From the NCBI RefSeq assembly GCF_000181795.1, contig NW_003526944.1, positions 491,383 to 555,382 of the forward strand: a stretch of 64,000 bases of DNA, written 5' to 3'. Position 1 is the stretch's first letter. Every line of letters starts with the position of its first letter. A program made the position numbers and the translations under genes. This DNA comes from Trichinella spiralis (Eukaryota). Shown in pieces: positions 1 through 13,223 of this stretch. Under the pieces are notes generated by a model that saw only the letters and a list, made by a program, of their open reading frames with translations, did not search any database and was not told the origin of the DNA.

Positions 1-3000
1 CTTCAAAAGCGCCGTGCTTCTTGATCAAACTTTGAACGGCGGCCATGGTGTCGCCGAAATCTTCGACCGACAATACTTGCTGTTTTTCAGTAATCCAAGC
101 TTCTTCTTCTTCGACTTTACCAATGAACACTTGGAATTCTTCGCTTTCATTCAACTTTTTGACACGCCCAAAAGCGATATCTCTCAAGCCGAGCCAATTT
201 TCACGCAAATTGTCGACCCGGCCACGAATCTCGTCGCCGCCCATCTGACCACTGTTGATCAACTGTTCACCTTTTTCAATGACCGAATCGATATTCGGCT
301 GGTGGCTGATGAATTCGTTTTCCAAACGTTTGTGCTTCTTTTTCAAATTTTGCACGCCGGTCAAATCGCGTCCAAAATCATCCGAACTGACCAGAAGTCT
401 CTTTTCTCTTGAAAAAATTCAAAAAATCAAATCTGAAACACCATCAAAACAAAAACATACTTGATCCAAGATTCTTCGTCGTCAATGTCGCGGAAAAATT
501 GATGCAACGTCAAAGCTTCGTTCAATTTTCGTTTACGCTCTTCGGCCAATTCACTCACGCTGAACAAACAAACAAAACAAGCACAATCAAACAAATAATA
601 ATTAATAATTAATAATAATCCATTTATTACCGCTTGTAACGATCGTTGATACTCTTTTGTCGTTCTTCAATTGTCACAGGATCGAATTGGTCATTTTCCA
701 ACAAGCTGCTAGCTTCGGTGTTCATGTCGCGCACACGTTCCGCGTGGGCAGCAATGTCCGCTTCGATCAGTTGATGCTTTTTCAGCAAATTCTGCACCGA
801 CGCCAAATCTTTGCCAAAATCGTCACTGGCTAGCAAAGTTTCAATTTCGCCGAGCCAAAATTCCAAATCCTTGACCGCCGCGATGAAGCTCTGCTGTTTG
901 TTCGCCTCTTTCAGACGGTAACTCTTCTCGGTCGTCTTTTTCACCAACAATTCCCACTGGTCATTCAGCGCGGTCAAACGTTGACTGACCACCGACTCGC
1001 TGCCGGCGCATTTGTTCGAATCGATCAAATTCTGCCCAGCGTACATGATCGTCTGGATACGGTCCGAATTGGCTCCCAGTTCGGCTTCGAACGCCTGTTG
1101 TTTCTGATGTTTGCTTTGTATATTTGTCGGATCACGGTACGATTCTTCCAACGCCACTTGCAATTTTTCGGCAATCCAATTTTCAATTTCATCCGCATCT
1201 CGAGAAAATTGTTGCAAAGTTTGCGATTCGCCGAGCTTGCTGCGCTTTTCAATCAAAGCTTGTTTCAACTTGGCCCAACTGAAATTAATTAATTTATCTA
1301 TTAAACGGTTGTTTCTCAGACAATATGTACAGTTTTTCTTTTCTTACCGATCCAAAACTTGATCCCGTTTACGAATAATGTCCTCTTCGGCGTAGTGACC
1401 ACGATTGACCAGTTGATTGGCAAAACTTTGCAAAGCTGCAATTTTCTCCTGCTGAGAATTGATCGCCTTGTCGAAATCTTCGTGCTTTTTGATCAACGAT
1501 TCCACATTGTCCGGCGACACTTGTTCCTGATTCAAAAACGCCTCCCTGCTCGACATCCAATTTTCCGCCTGCTCGCAGTCGCGGTAGAACAGTTGCAATT
1601 CCAAGCACTGGTCGAGCTTCATCCGGCGCGCCATCCAAGCTTTTTCCAAATTTTCCCGCGCTTCGGCAATCTTGTGCATCTGCTCGACAACGTCCGCCGA
1701 CGCGTAGTGGTGCATGCTCAACAGGTCGTTGCCGAATTGGTCGAACTTTTGGAACATGCCAGCCCGCGCGTCCATTTCCGTCCTGTATTCACTGTGCCGT
1801 TCCAGCAACGCCTCGGCACCGGTCACATCGTTGGCCAACTCGTCGCTGTTCACCAACACCATCGTATTGTTGTTCCAACGTTGCAAATCTCTGAAACAGC
1901 AGACAAAAAAATTTACATAAATAAACAATAAGAACAAGAAAAAAAAATTTCACCTGCAATCGGACAAAAAGCGCTGATAATCGTAAGAATCGAGCAATTT
2001 CTCTTTGCGATTGTTCGCCTTGGATGTCAACGCCGACCAACGATCGTTCAGCTGCAATTGCAAATCGTAAATCTGTTCGGCCGCTTCGGGATGCGTCTGA
2101 CGCAATCGATTCGCAGTTTCGTCCAGTTGGCGAATCTTGAAATTTTAAATTTAATTCTTCTTATTAAAATATTTTTTTTCAATTATGATTTTCTCAAAAT
2201 TCACCTTGTCACCAAGAGCGGCCAAGTCACGTTCCAAGCCTTCGTGTTTCCTCTGCAAAGCTTGAACTGATCTCAAATCACGTCCGAAATCTTCCGAATC
2301 CAACGCGTCATCTTTCTCTTTCATCCAATCTTTCGCCTCATCGACATCCCTGCAACAAAATGGAAAAGTTTCAAAAAACAACGAAAACGCAATCACACAT
2401 TAATGAATGATAGTAAAAAAAAAGTAAACAAACAAACCTGTGGAAACGTTGAACTTCGTGCGCAGAGCCAAGTTGTTGGGCACGTTGGGTAGTGACTTCT
2501 TGAAGCGCTTGCCAGCGTTCGTTCAAATTCTACAAAACAAAAAAAACTCAAATTTCCACTCACAAAGAAATACAGAATCGAATAGAAAAAAAAATGCGCA
2601 CATCAATCTGATGACGTATTTTCACTGCCGCTTCAGTCTGACCAATAGCGGCCAACGCAGTGGATATTTTATTCATCTCCGCTAAGCGGACTTCGTGCGC
2701 TCGCAAATCCGCTTGAAATTCGTCGAATTTCTTTTGCAACACTTCAACTTCTTCCAAATCTTGACCAATTTCGTGACTAGTAGCCAACTGTTCCTGAAAA
2801 GAAACAAAATACATTAACATATGCAAATGAATCATACGTGTGCACAAGGGAAAAAACAGGAATATACATACTTTCGAACGGATCCATTCGGCGAGTTCGT
2901 TCGCTTCGCGCAACAATTGATACCCTTTGCAAGCTTCTTCGAGCTTTTTGCGACGCTGATTGCCCAAATCGAGCAAATGCTGGTACAAATTTTCAATTTG

Positions 3001-6000
3001 TGACTGTTTGGCCGCAATGCTGCTCGACTGGAGCAACTGTTGCTGACTTGACGACAAACCAGGCTCCATCTTTTTCAAATAAGCCACCGGTACAAAACCT
3101 TGGCGATCGTTCACTTCGACTTTCCACCAATCCTGCAAAAAGAAAAAAAATCCAAACCACAACGTCTCACACCCCTCCTCTATTAATTAATTAATAAAAA
3201 CAATTTTATTCTCTTTTTTTCCTCTTCTTTTACTGCTTACCTTATTCGATGAATTCAACAAGGTCAAAACGTCGCCCTTTTTCATCGAAACTTCGCGAGG
3301 TGATTTTTCGCTGTAGTCGTACAAAGCGACAACGCATTCCCGTCCCAATGAGCCAATAATCGTCGTATCAGTCTGAAAAGTAAACAACAGCGGCAAAAAT
3401 TAGCATAAAAATTCGTGTTTCATGTTCGTCTCATCTTCATACTTTGCAATGGTTGACTTGTTCGCGAAGATGTTCAATAGTCGAACGAAACGCTTCCAAA
3501 TCCGACATCAGAGCAGAGTGTTTTTTCAAAAGAGCCTGAAGAAATTTAAGAAAAAAATACCAATTTATTACACATGCAATAATTAATTAATTAATTGATC
3601 AATTGATAAAATTTCTCACTTCGGCCGAGTCTTCGTCTTTACCATAGTCGGCACTGCCGACAATTGGCTCCTTTTCGGACATCCAAGATTCGGCTTCGTT
3701 GGCGTCGGCCAAATACTGATGCGCCATGTAGGAATCTTCCAAATCTTGGCCGCGTTTGTTCGCTTTTTCTTTCAATAACTGCCAGTTGTCTTGCAACGCG
3801 GACAACTTGGCCTTGATCTCCGAAGCCAAGAAATGATCTTACACAAAAAAATAATATTAAAAACAAACGTGGAAAATGTGGAAAAATCAATTACCTTCTT
3901 TCATAATTTCCTCACCAGCGTTGACCACTTTGTTAATTTGCACTTCGTGATTGGCAATTTCGGCCATCAAAGCATTGTGCTTTTTGATCAAATTTTGAAC
4001 ACCGATCAAATCTCGACCTGTTGTAAAAAAGCAAAAAAAAAAGAATTAATTTAATTAAATAATCAATTAATTGAACAAAATCAAACCTCGATTAGTCGAG
4101 TCGGCAATTTGTTCTTTTTCTCGAATCCACGAAAATTCGTCTTCAATGTCGCGGAAGAGCTGATGACCGCGCAGTGATTCGGCGAGCTTCTCTTTGCGAC
4201 GGCTCATCGGCTCTTGAAGAGCGTTGTAACGGCCGATCAGCTTCTGCTCTTTGGCGCGTATGTTGCCGATGTCGAAGTGACCGGCCGCTTCGAACTGGGC
4301 CGCCTGCTGGCCAACGCCCTCGATCCGCTCCGCGTGGGCGTTGACGTCGCATTCGAGCAGCGCGTGCTTCTTTTGCAAATTTTGCACCGATATCAAATCT
4401 TTGCCGTAATCTTCGGACATTAGCTGCGCCTCGACCTCGGCAAGCCACATTTCAATATCTTCCACGTTGCGGTTGAACTGCTGCTGACCGCCGGCCTCTT
4501 TCAACTTGGCCCCTTTCTGCTCAGTGGCCACAACCAAATCGCTCCAACTGTTCTGCACTTCGTCCAAGCGCCTGCTCACGTCATCAGCGGCGTAATGGCC
4601 ACTGCTGACCAGCTCACTTCCACGTTTGTGTATGTCATCCAGACGCGACTTGTTCGCGTGCAATTCTTGCTCAAAATTTGCGTGCTTTTGAATTTTCCCT
4701 TGTATATTTGTCGGATCCTTTTAAAAATTACACACATTCGTATATATATTTTTTTTAATGCAAATTTGAAAATATTTTACCAAGTAATTTTCATCTCGAG
4801 CAGTTTTCAATTTTTCATTTATCCACGACATCATTTCATCGCAGTCGCGTTCAAATTGTTGAAGTCGATACGCATCTTCGAGCATGGTTCGTCGTCGAGC
4901 GGCGCGTTCCAACAGTCCGGCGCGTCGTTGCAAAAGCTATGAACAAACAAAGAAAAATTAATAAACAAAAATTAATTACTTAATTGAATTAAATTTTACC
5001 GCTTGACGACGCAAAGCCACATCGTCGGCCGTGTAGTGTTGCCCTTCGATAAGTTTGGTGGCGAATTCGTCGAACGCTTTAATTTTCTCTTCTTGTGCGG
5101 CCAACGATTTCTCAAAGTCTTCGTGCTTTTTAATCAACGCCTCAACGCTGTCCAAACTTTCGCCCAAATCTTCATTTGCGAGGAAGGCCTGAATAGAAAT
5201 CAGAAAATGAAAAAGATAAACCAAAATATGCAAATTTTTCAAATGCCAAATTGAACGCATTTCGTTCGATAAAAATCTACAATTGCAATTTCAATCATTT
5301 CTCCACTTCTTGGAATAAATATTCGATAAAAGTTCTTTTTTCTTTTAGAAAAAAAAACAACTACTTTCGGACATGCAAAAAATGTCAGAAACAATACTAT
5401 CAAACATCCAGCATAAGAAAACTGGTGCTAGCGAAAAGGTTCTTTGAAATTTTTTCCTTCTATTGCGCATTCTGTCAACCTGATTGCATGCAGTGATCGA
5501 ACAATCAAGCTAATTATATGCGCATCATTGGATGATTATAAATTTCATAATACAGAAACAACATACCTCCTGTTTGGTCATCCACGTTTCAGCTTGATCA
5601 GTATCTCGATAGAACAGTTGCAAATCCATGCATTGCTCGTAAAGAATTCTACGCTCTTCCAATAAAGCCAATAACGCTTCTTTATCAGCAGCTAAAGATT
5701 TAATCTAAAACATATACAACAAGTAAAGTAAACATTATTTCCATCCAGAATTCTATTCAACTTTCATACTGTAAAAGTAATTCTTGTATACTGGTTCTGC
5801 AAAATTATAAATCATATAAAATTCAATTAACATTAACTGAAAATTATCATCACTACATTCATCAGTTCTGTTGCTATTATTTCTTTTTTGAAAAAGTCTT
5901 AAACAAATATGTAAAAAATAAAAACAAACGAACTTTTTCTGCTACTTCATTTTTCTGGGGAATATCTTCAGCAAGAAGACGACGCCCTGCTTCTTCAGTA

Positions 6001-8068
6001 GCTCTGAAACTATCCTCACGAGCATCAATCTCTCCCTAAAGTGCAAAAATGAAAAATAAATAAATAAATAAATAAAATAATGCATCACATACTCGTTGTT
6101 CTTGATGCCGTTCAAGCAGTGCTTCAGCACCAGCTACATCTTTCGCCAATTCGTCAGCCATAATCAAAGCTTTCATATCAGCGATCCAAGAGGTGAGATC
6201 ACGGTAATCTGCAAAAAATCGATGCAACAAAAATGAACGCTCCAAGCCTGCTTTGCGTTCCGCAGCTTTGCGCTTCAACTGTTCCCAATTTTTCAACGCA
6301 TCCAACTTTTTCGATTCAATTGATTCCACACGGTCCGGATGCAAAGATTTCAATCTTTCGGCTTCAATTGCCAAACTTTGAACCTACATAATACGAAATA
6401 AAGCATTAATCACTGCAATGCAATTACCGTATTCCTGTGGATTTTTTCATACCTTCCCATCTAATGCGGCTAAATCTCGTTCTGTGCCTTCGTGTTTCCT
6501 TTGCAATGCTTGTACAGTAGTCAAATCGCGTCCAAAGTCATCAACAGACAAGCCTGAATCTTTTTCCAAAATCCAAGCAATTGTTTCATCTATATCGCGA
6601 TTGAAACGTTGAACTTCATGTGCACCAAACAGACGTTCTTTTCGAGTAACGGATAAATCGTTCAAATGCTTCCATGCTGCTAATAATTCCTGTAAAATAA
6701 ATAAACAAATAAATAAAGCGATAATTAAATTACTTAATTAATCCTTACGTCTCGTTTGTTTTTAATGATTTCCACATCCGGATGACCCTCGTTAATTAGC
6801 TGCTCAGCGCTCAAATTTACCTCAGCAATGCGATACTGCTGATTAGCCAGTTCCTGAAATATTAAAATTTCACATAGCATTTCAAATAAACGTATTTTAA
6901 CATAAATAATACCTTCAAAAAGTCATCAAATTTCTTCTGTAAAACTTCTACATGTTCCAAATCTTGACCAAATTCTTCTGTTGTTACAAATGCTTCTTTA
7001 TCCAAAATCCAGTACATTACTTCGTCGCACTGACGAGTGAATAGCAACAATTTCAACGCTTGCTGCAGGCGTATCCCCTTTTCTGCCAATTTCTGCAAAA
7101 GCTGTTCCCAAAGTGCATGCAATTCATCCAACCGTTCCTACAATTTCAAAAATTATAATTAAAAGAAAAAACAACCAAATCCGTTTCTGCTGTGGAGCAT
7201 TGTTAATTTTATAAATTTACCTTTATAGTTGCATGTGCAAAATGGCCATGCATAATCATATCATTTCCAGTTTTATCCAACTGTAAAATGGCATTGCTGT
7301 GTGCTTGAACTTCTGCTTCAAAAGCTTGATGCTTTTGAATTTTTGCCTTAAAAAACAACAACAATTAGAAAACACTTCAAACTAATTAATATCGGTAAGA
7401 AACATTTCTTTTATTCAGTAGATTACAAATCAATGCAATATTATTCAAAAAATAAAAATTTCGAAAACATAATGCCACTTAAGGAAAATCTCATATTTCA
7501 TACTACTAATTTAGTTGAATTAATTAAATTTTTCAGCTACAGCAAAAAATCTTCTATAGCTCATCATTACGTATTTTAAAGACGATTCACAAAAGTGAGT
7601 CAGCGTTCGCCTAACAAAATGTAACAAAAAAATGAAAAAAATACAAATCGATGAAATGAATCATACCTCTGCTGCATTTTCAAGGGTATTAGTCAGAGTA
7701 AAAATTGCCAATAAAAAAAAATCTATACCTGAAGATTCGTCGGATCTCTGTAGCTTTCTTCCTGAGCTGTCTGCAACTTTTCCAATATCCACAACTGCAG
7801 TTCATCAGCATCGCGCTTAAAATATTGAAATTGACGAGCCTCTTCAAGGCGATCGCGTTTGTTTTGCGCCATTTCTTTGAAAGCTCTGTAATGGCCCAAT
7901 ACTTCGGAACGCCTTTGCTGAAAATGTGATTCAATGTTGAATGAATAAATTGAAAAAAACAACTAAAGTAATATGCCAAACTTGGATATCAGATGCCGTT
8001 TCGAGAATTTTAATCTCTTGTGGAGGTGGAACTTCCAAAACTGGTTCTGGAGGAGTGTGATCGTCCAT
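1..8068 (-). CDS. spc-1: Alpha-spectrin, multi-exon; 3' part lies outside the window
   Basis: ATG at 8068 ([36 protein letters not shown]). Successive spectrin repeats (e.g. [34 protein letters not shown]). Central SH3 domain ([21 protein letters not shown]...[15 protein letters not shown]) typical of alpha-spectrin. Exons join at GT-AG introns. Confidence 0.97.
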
Positions 8069-10176
8069 TTTGAACACAGATGAATGTATCTAAATGAACA
8101 ATTTATATACAATTAACTTTCAAAATTTGTCATCATTATTTGTGATGAAAATTATTATTTTCAAGCGATTTCAATATCCACCGAATATCTAGAATTCCTA
8201 TGGGTCAGTGGAGTTAACGGGTCATTTTCCTTTCACCAAGGACAAATAAAATGACAGCTCGCAAACTAGCTAGCAAAACAACAGCAGCAACAACTGTTTG
8301 TTGAAAACGGACGCTGTCCAAATCAGAGACAAACTAGTTTCAGCTGAACAAAACGAAAGTAAAAGAAGAAGAAGAAGAAGAACTATTTCTCACGTTGAAA
8401 CCAATCATGTCAACTAGTCAACAACCAAATATTTATCATTTGTGTACTTCGAAATGTAAAAGCACATGGCAAACGTTGGTCAGCTCGTTTGATACGATAA
8501 AGCCAAACGAAGGATGGCGCTCAGTGTTAGCAACACACGTTCAAAGCTTAATCGATTCGCGCTGACTAGAAGGAAACGAGCAAACGCGAGAGATCGATCA
8601 TGAAAAATATGTGATGGCCACAGCTGGCTAAACAGCCGACGCCGAATATTCTCTCACACATGCTAATGATCTCAAAAAGATATGAAACGTAGATAAAACT
8701 TAACCAACTCTACATCACAAATAAAAAGTAATAAGCAAATCGATTTCAATGACAAATTACTACAAATAAAAAATCAAAGATAAATTGCTTCATTCAAAAA
8801 ATTTAAATAAATGAAAATTTAACAGTAACAAAGAAATAACTTTTAGTAAAAAAAATGACAGATATTTATACCACTGATTCGATAAAAGAGAGAAGTGTGA
8901 TGAAAACTAAGGCAAGGTCATTCAGCGGACCAATATAACCGCGACGCAAACAACTTCACTGTCAACAGTGATTAATGTAGGCAATGAAAAAAGAACACGG
9001 ACACGCAGATACTTCTGAGTTTACGTGAAAGTGAACTTGCTTCAGCAAAAAATAATGTGAGCACCGTAATTCACAATCGCACCGCAAAAACGAAATACCG
9101 ACTATGATACTAACCAATGAAACAGTAACCTACAAAATCAAAATTGATGCGCAGGCTTAAAATTCATATCACAATAAATTAATAAATAGAAACAGAAAAG
9201 AATGAAAACATAATAATTAAATAAAAATTATATTAAAAAAAATTAAATTACAAATATTGAACAACTTAGAAAACTCGAAATCTACCGTAATCAGAAGCAA
9301 TATTTTTGAATTTCTGACTAATACACTGCCAGATGTAATTTATCATAAAAAAAGATTTTTGCATAATAATTAAAATTTTTTTTCTATTTTTCATAAATAT
9401 AAAAAATGTGCAAAATGCAAGACCAGCATCTTTAGCCAGCCTAACGCATTTTCCCAATAGAAGCTGTTTTCTAAAAATAAGTTGAAAAATTGTTTCCTAC
9501 CATATATATGCTACATTCGTAAGTCAAAATGTAAGATTTTCAAAGCAGTTTTATCAATAACAGTCAGAAATATTTTGAAATTATCTACAGTAATCTCACA
9601 AATTACCGTGACGCGACATACAGGAGCCTGAAAATGCAGAATTCCGAGTTGCTGATTCAAATTTCTTTATTGGTCAATGTTAAATGTAGTTTTTGCTACA
9701 GTCATCAGTTTTTTCTACAGTATATATTGAGAAAAACTAAAATGGGCTTAAGCTTACACTTAAAATCTTTAAATATTTTCAAAGTTGTTGCTGATTTGAA
9801 AGTAACTAACTTTGAAAGATTAAATTAGGCTTAACTTTAGAGATTTGGACAATTTTTTCATTATTATCAAAGCTAAAAATTAACAGCTTTTTTAGTGTTC
9901 TCCAAAATGACTTCACAAAATTGTACAACGATCAATTTTCATGGAAGAAGTTTACTTTTTAATTTTTATAACTTTGATACCATAACGTTACCCGCAAATT
10001 TTAATGACAAAATTATCATACATGAAAATGACACAGCACTTCTTTTAAAAGTTGCATACTTCAACAGATAAACAAAGAGATCAATTTTAAAGGTTGAATC
10101 GTACATTTCTCGAAGTATCTGGGCAGTTATTTCATTAAAGCTCATGTAATTTGCAACGCTTTGAAAAGCAATGGTT

Positions 10177-11717
10177 TTAATTAAGTGATGCTTCTTCCCA
10201 TGCGCCATGCAGAGTTCTAAAAAGTAAAATTAAAACGGAACATTAATGTTACACTAACAACAGAAAATAACATTAATAAAACCTTTTCATGGATTGCATT
10301 ACTACAAACAATGCTGAACAAATTAAAGTGATGAAAATATGCAAAACCACATATAGCAGTGTCATCACACGAGATAACGGGTACATCGACGCTGTGACAC
10401 ATATGGCAAGACACATGGCCAATGGGACATTAGTTGTAGGATAAATTTCCTGATAAAAATAGAATATTTAGTAAAATATAATAAACAAAAAGCATGTTCA
10501 AAAATGGCATGAAAAAAACTTACCAATAATTTTCCCCGAAGTAATGGCCAAACAACAAAAATTACCACTGAACAAGTTAATAAAGTGAAAACTTCATTTC
10601 TGCTTGACAAACGAGAAACTAAACAAACAGTGCCAAAGATGCCTGCATTCATTGACAACGCTGAACTAACCCTGAAAAACGAGATCTAGAAAAAGAGATA
10701 TTCAAATGTTTTTTGAAAAATTATTTCAACTTACATGACAACATCACAACCATAATTGCAAAAAATAATATTCACCAGAAACATAAAAACGCTGGTAGCA
10801 ACTGTGGAATCTGTGCTAACGGTCGCCGTCAAAGTTTGACACACGGGGCTGAAGCCGTAAGCGTAACCGGCGTAAAGTATAATTGTTTTCAAACTTATAA
10901 AGTCTAAAAAATACACCTTCATAAAATATTCTTTAAATTAACAATCAAAAATAAAGCCGAACAAGATTTTAAAAAATCATTTATATTTAAGAATTTTCTT
11001 TTTTAATATTATAAATAGCATACTTACTATAGCCAGATGATTTCAAATCATCAGTTTCGTTGAGTAACTTTAAATATAATAAATAGCCAATAAAAAAAGT
11101 CAGTAGAGTTATTGCAAATACAGATTCCCAGGCGATCATGCCCATATAACTGTACGTAAATATAATCACAAACAAAATGACCGAACTGATGTGGTGCATA
11201 ACATAACAAGAACCAAGAACAGCTTCAGTAAATGTCACTTTTTTTAGATTAACTAAAATAAAAAAAAATCATTCTACTTGATGTTTTAATCAATTTTAAT
11301 TTGAATAAAAACCATTCATAAAACAGAGATCATATTACTGGATGTAAAGTCGACACAAGAATTTTACACTTCTTGTATAGTAAAATAATAAATTGCTCAG
11401 TGTAGTTGTCGTCTCATAATACATTAAACAATCTGAATAGCATGTAAAATAAAAACAGTCTCATTTCTAACTAATAAGAAAAAATTAGCATAAACTTTAA
11501 GAAAAGAAAAACAAATTATTTCCTGCTCAATTACAAGTTATCTGTTAAACATGGCTAACGAAGGAATACCATTCTTTCGAAGGCTGTTGATGAATTGAGG
11601 CCCGGAATAATTATCCGGAAATGGCTGCTTGAGGTAAAGAACTCTTTTCCATTTATTTTCTTTAGTAACATTTTTAAAAATTCCATTGCATGCATTTCTG
11701 CGCCTTTTAACAACCAT
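10177..11717 (-). CDS. PIGC: GPI-GlcNAc transferase subunit PIG-C/GPI2, multi-exon
   Basis: N-terminal [16 protein letters not shown] motif, [33 protein letters not shown], multiple hydrophobic segments, and C-terminal [12 protein letters not shown] (TAA 10177-10179), matching the PIG-C 'IHGPWDEA' end. Confidence 0.9.
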
Positions 11718-13223
11718 AGACACCCTAAATTAACAAAACTCGTTCTCGAAACAACATTTCTGATGAAATTTTATATTAAAACAATTATGCACTTTAGATA
11801 TAAATTGTAGGAATAAATATACCTATCTCACCGACCTTTCTAGCCAGTTACAAATCTTCCTAATCACTATTGAACTTCATATATTTAATATAATTCATGT
11901 AAAACAAAAATTTTTTATAAAATGATAAGAAAACTTCATCAAGAAACAAATTTCAAATAAACATTTAATGAATCAATTTTATTAACACAAACTACAGTAT
12001 TTCAAATGATGGTACTGTACATGTTTTTCCAAAGTTATACTATGATAATCATTTCTTTTTACTGTATTTGAGCTTTCATTTTTGAATGGTTATCGTAGCG
12101 CAATTCACAAAATTCTTGAGAGCAGTTGAAGTAAGTTCATTAAATTTGAACGTATTGTTCGTAAAATAAGCTCTGCACAGCGTTAATTTAATTGGAATAC
12201 ACATGAATCAGCTCACCATGCAAAAGATATTTAATTTTTGCTAATATATAACTTTATAAGTAAATTTATTGATTGAAATTGTTTTGTAATTCCTAAATTT
12301 TATTTATTTATTTAAGTATGTTATTTATGGTATAATTTTATAAATATAAGTATTATTATAAGTTGTTTATAAGTAGTGTTATGGTTTGCATATTTTAGAG
12401 ATTGCATATTATGTAGAACTATTCTTATGAAGTGTAATCTCTACATTACTGTTACGTTTGTAAATGATTTCCAAATTCTTAAAATTTTTGCACTAGCAGT
12501 GATTATAGGTATCTCTGCACTGTAAATGTTAAATTAGAATATCATAAAAATGTAGGGATCATAATTATATATAATTTAGGTGCAATTATAGTAATGGCAA
12601 ATAGCGTAGATGTTTTAAGATGTGAATTTGCAGTATTTTTATTGAAATATTTATCATTATTGCTTGAAGATTTTCGATTTAATGAATCTTTAAATCATTA
12701 GTTATTGCTTTTTGAATTCTAGATTTTTACTTTTATGTTTCTTTCGTCTTTTTCTTTTCTTGAAATGTGACAGTGTTATGCCGAAAAATACTGGTTTCTT
12801 TAAACTTAGTGTTTTAATGAAAAATGTTACACGAATGTCATTTATTTATTTGTGTTAGTATATGTTTAGAAATTTTGGAATGTGGACTTATTGATTCTTT
12901 GTAAATCTTTCTACGAATTCATAATGATATTGATCTGTTTCATTCGTTGCAGCAGAGTATTTCTATGATATTAAATAAGTTTTAGAGAATATACATGTAT
13001 GTCTGTGTTTGCGTGTGCATTGTATATACACATATAATAGTCTAGTAAATTTCAAAGAATTTGTAGAAGCAATAAATTTTAAAATAAATATTACTATTTA
13101 TTTTTTAATGATTTTATTGTTATGCATAAATTTTTATTTTACTGTTAATAAAATATATATAAATAAAGTACGATGATAACTTATTAACATTTTGTGTATG
13201 AGTGTATGATTTCAGGTAGGATA

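Noticed and set aside
14..5254. Long plus-strand ORFs opposite spectrin exons (e.g. 14-412, 1359-1931)
   Set aside because: Antisense shadows of GC-rich coding exons with no recognisable motifs.
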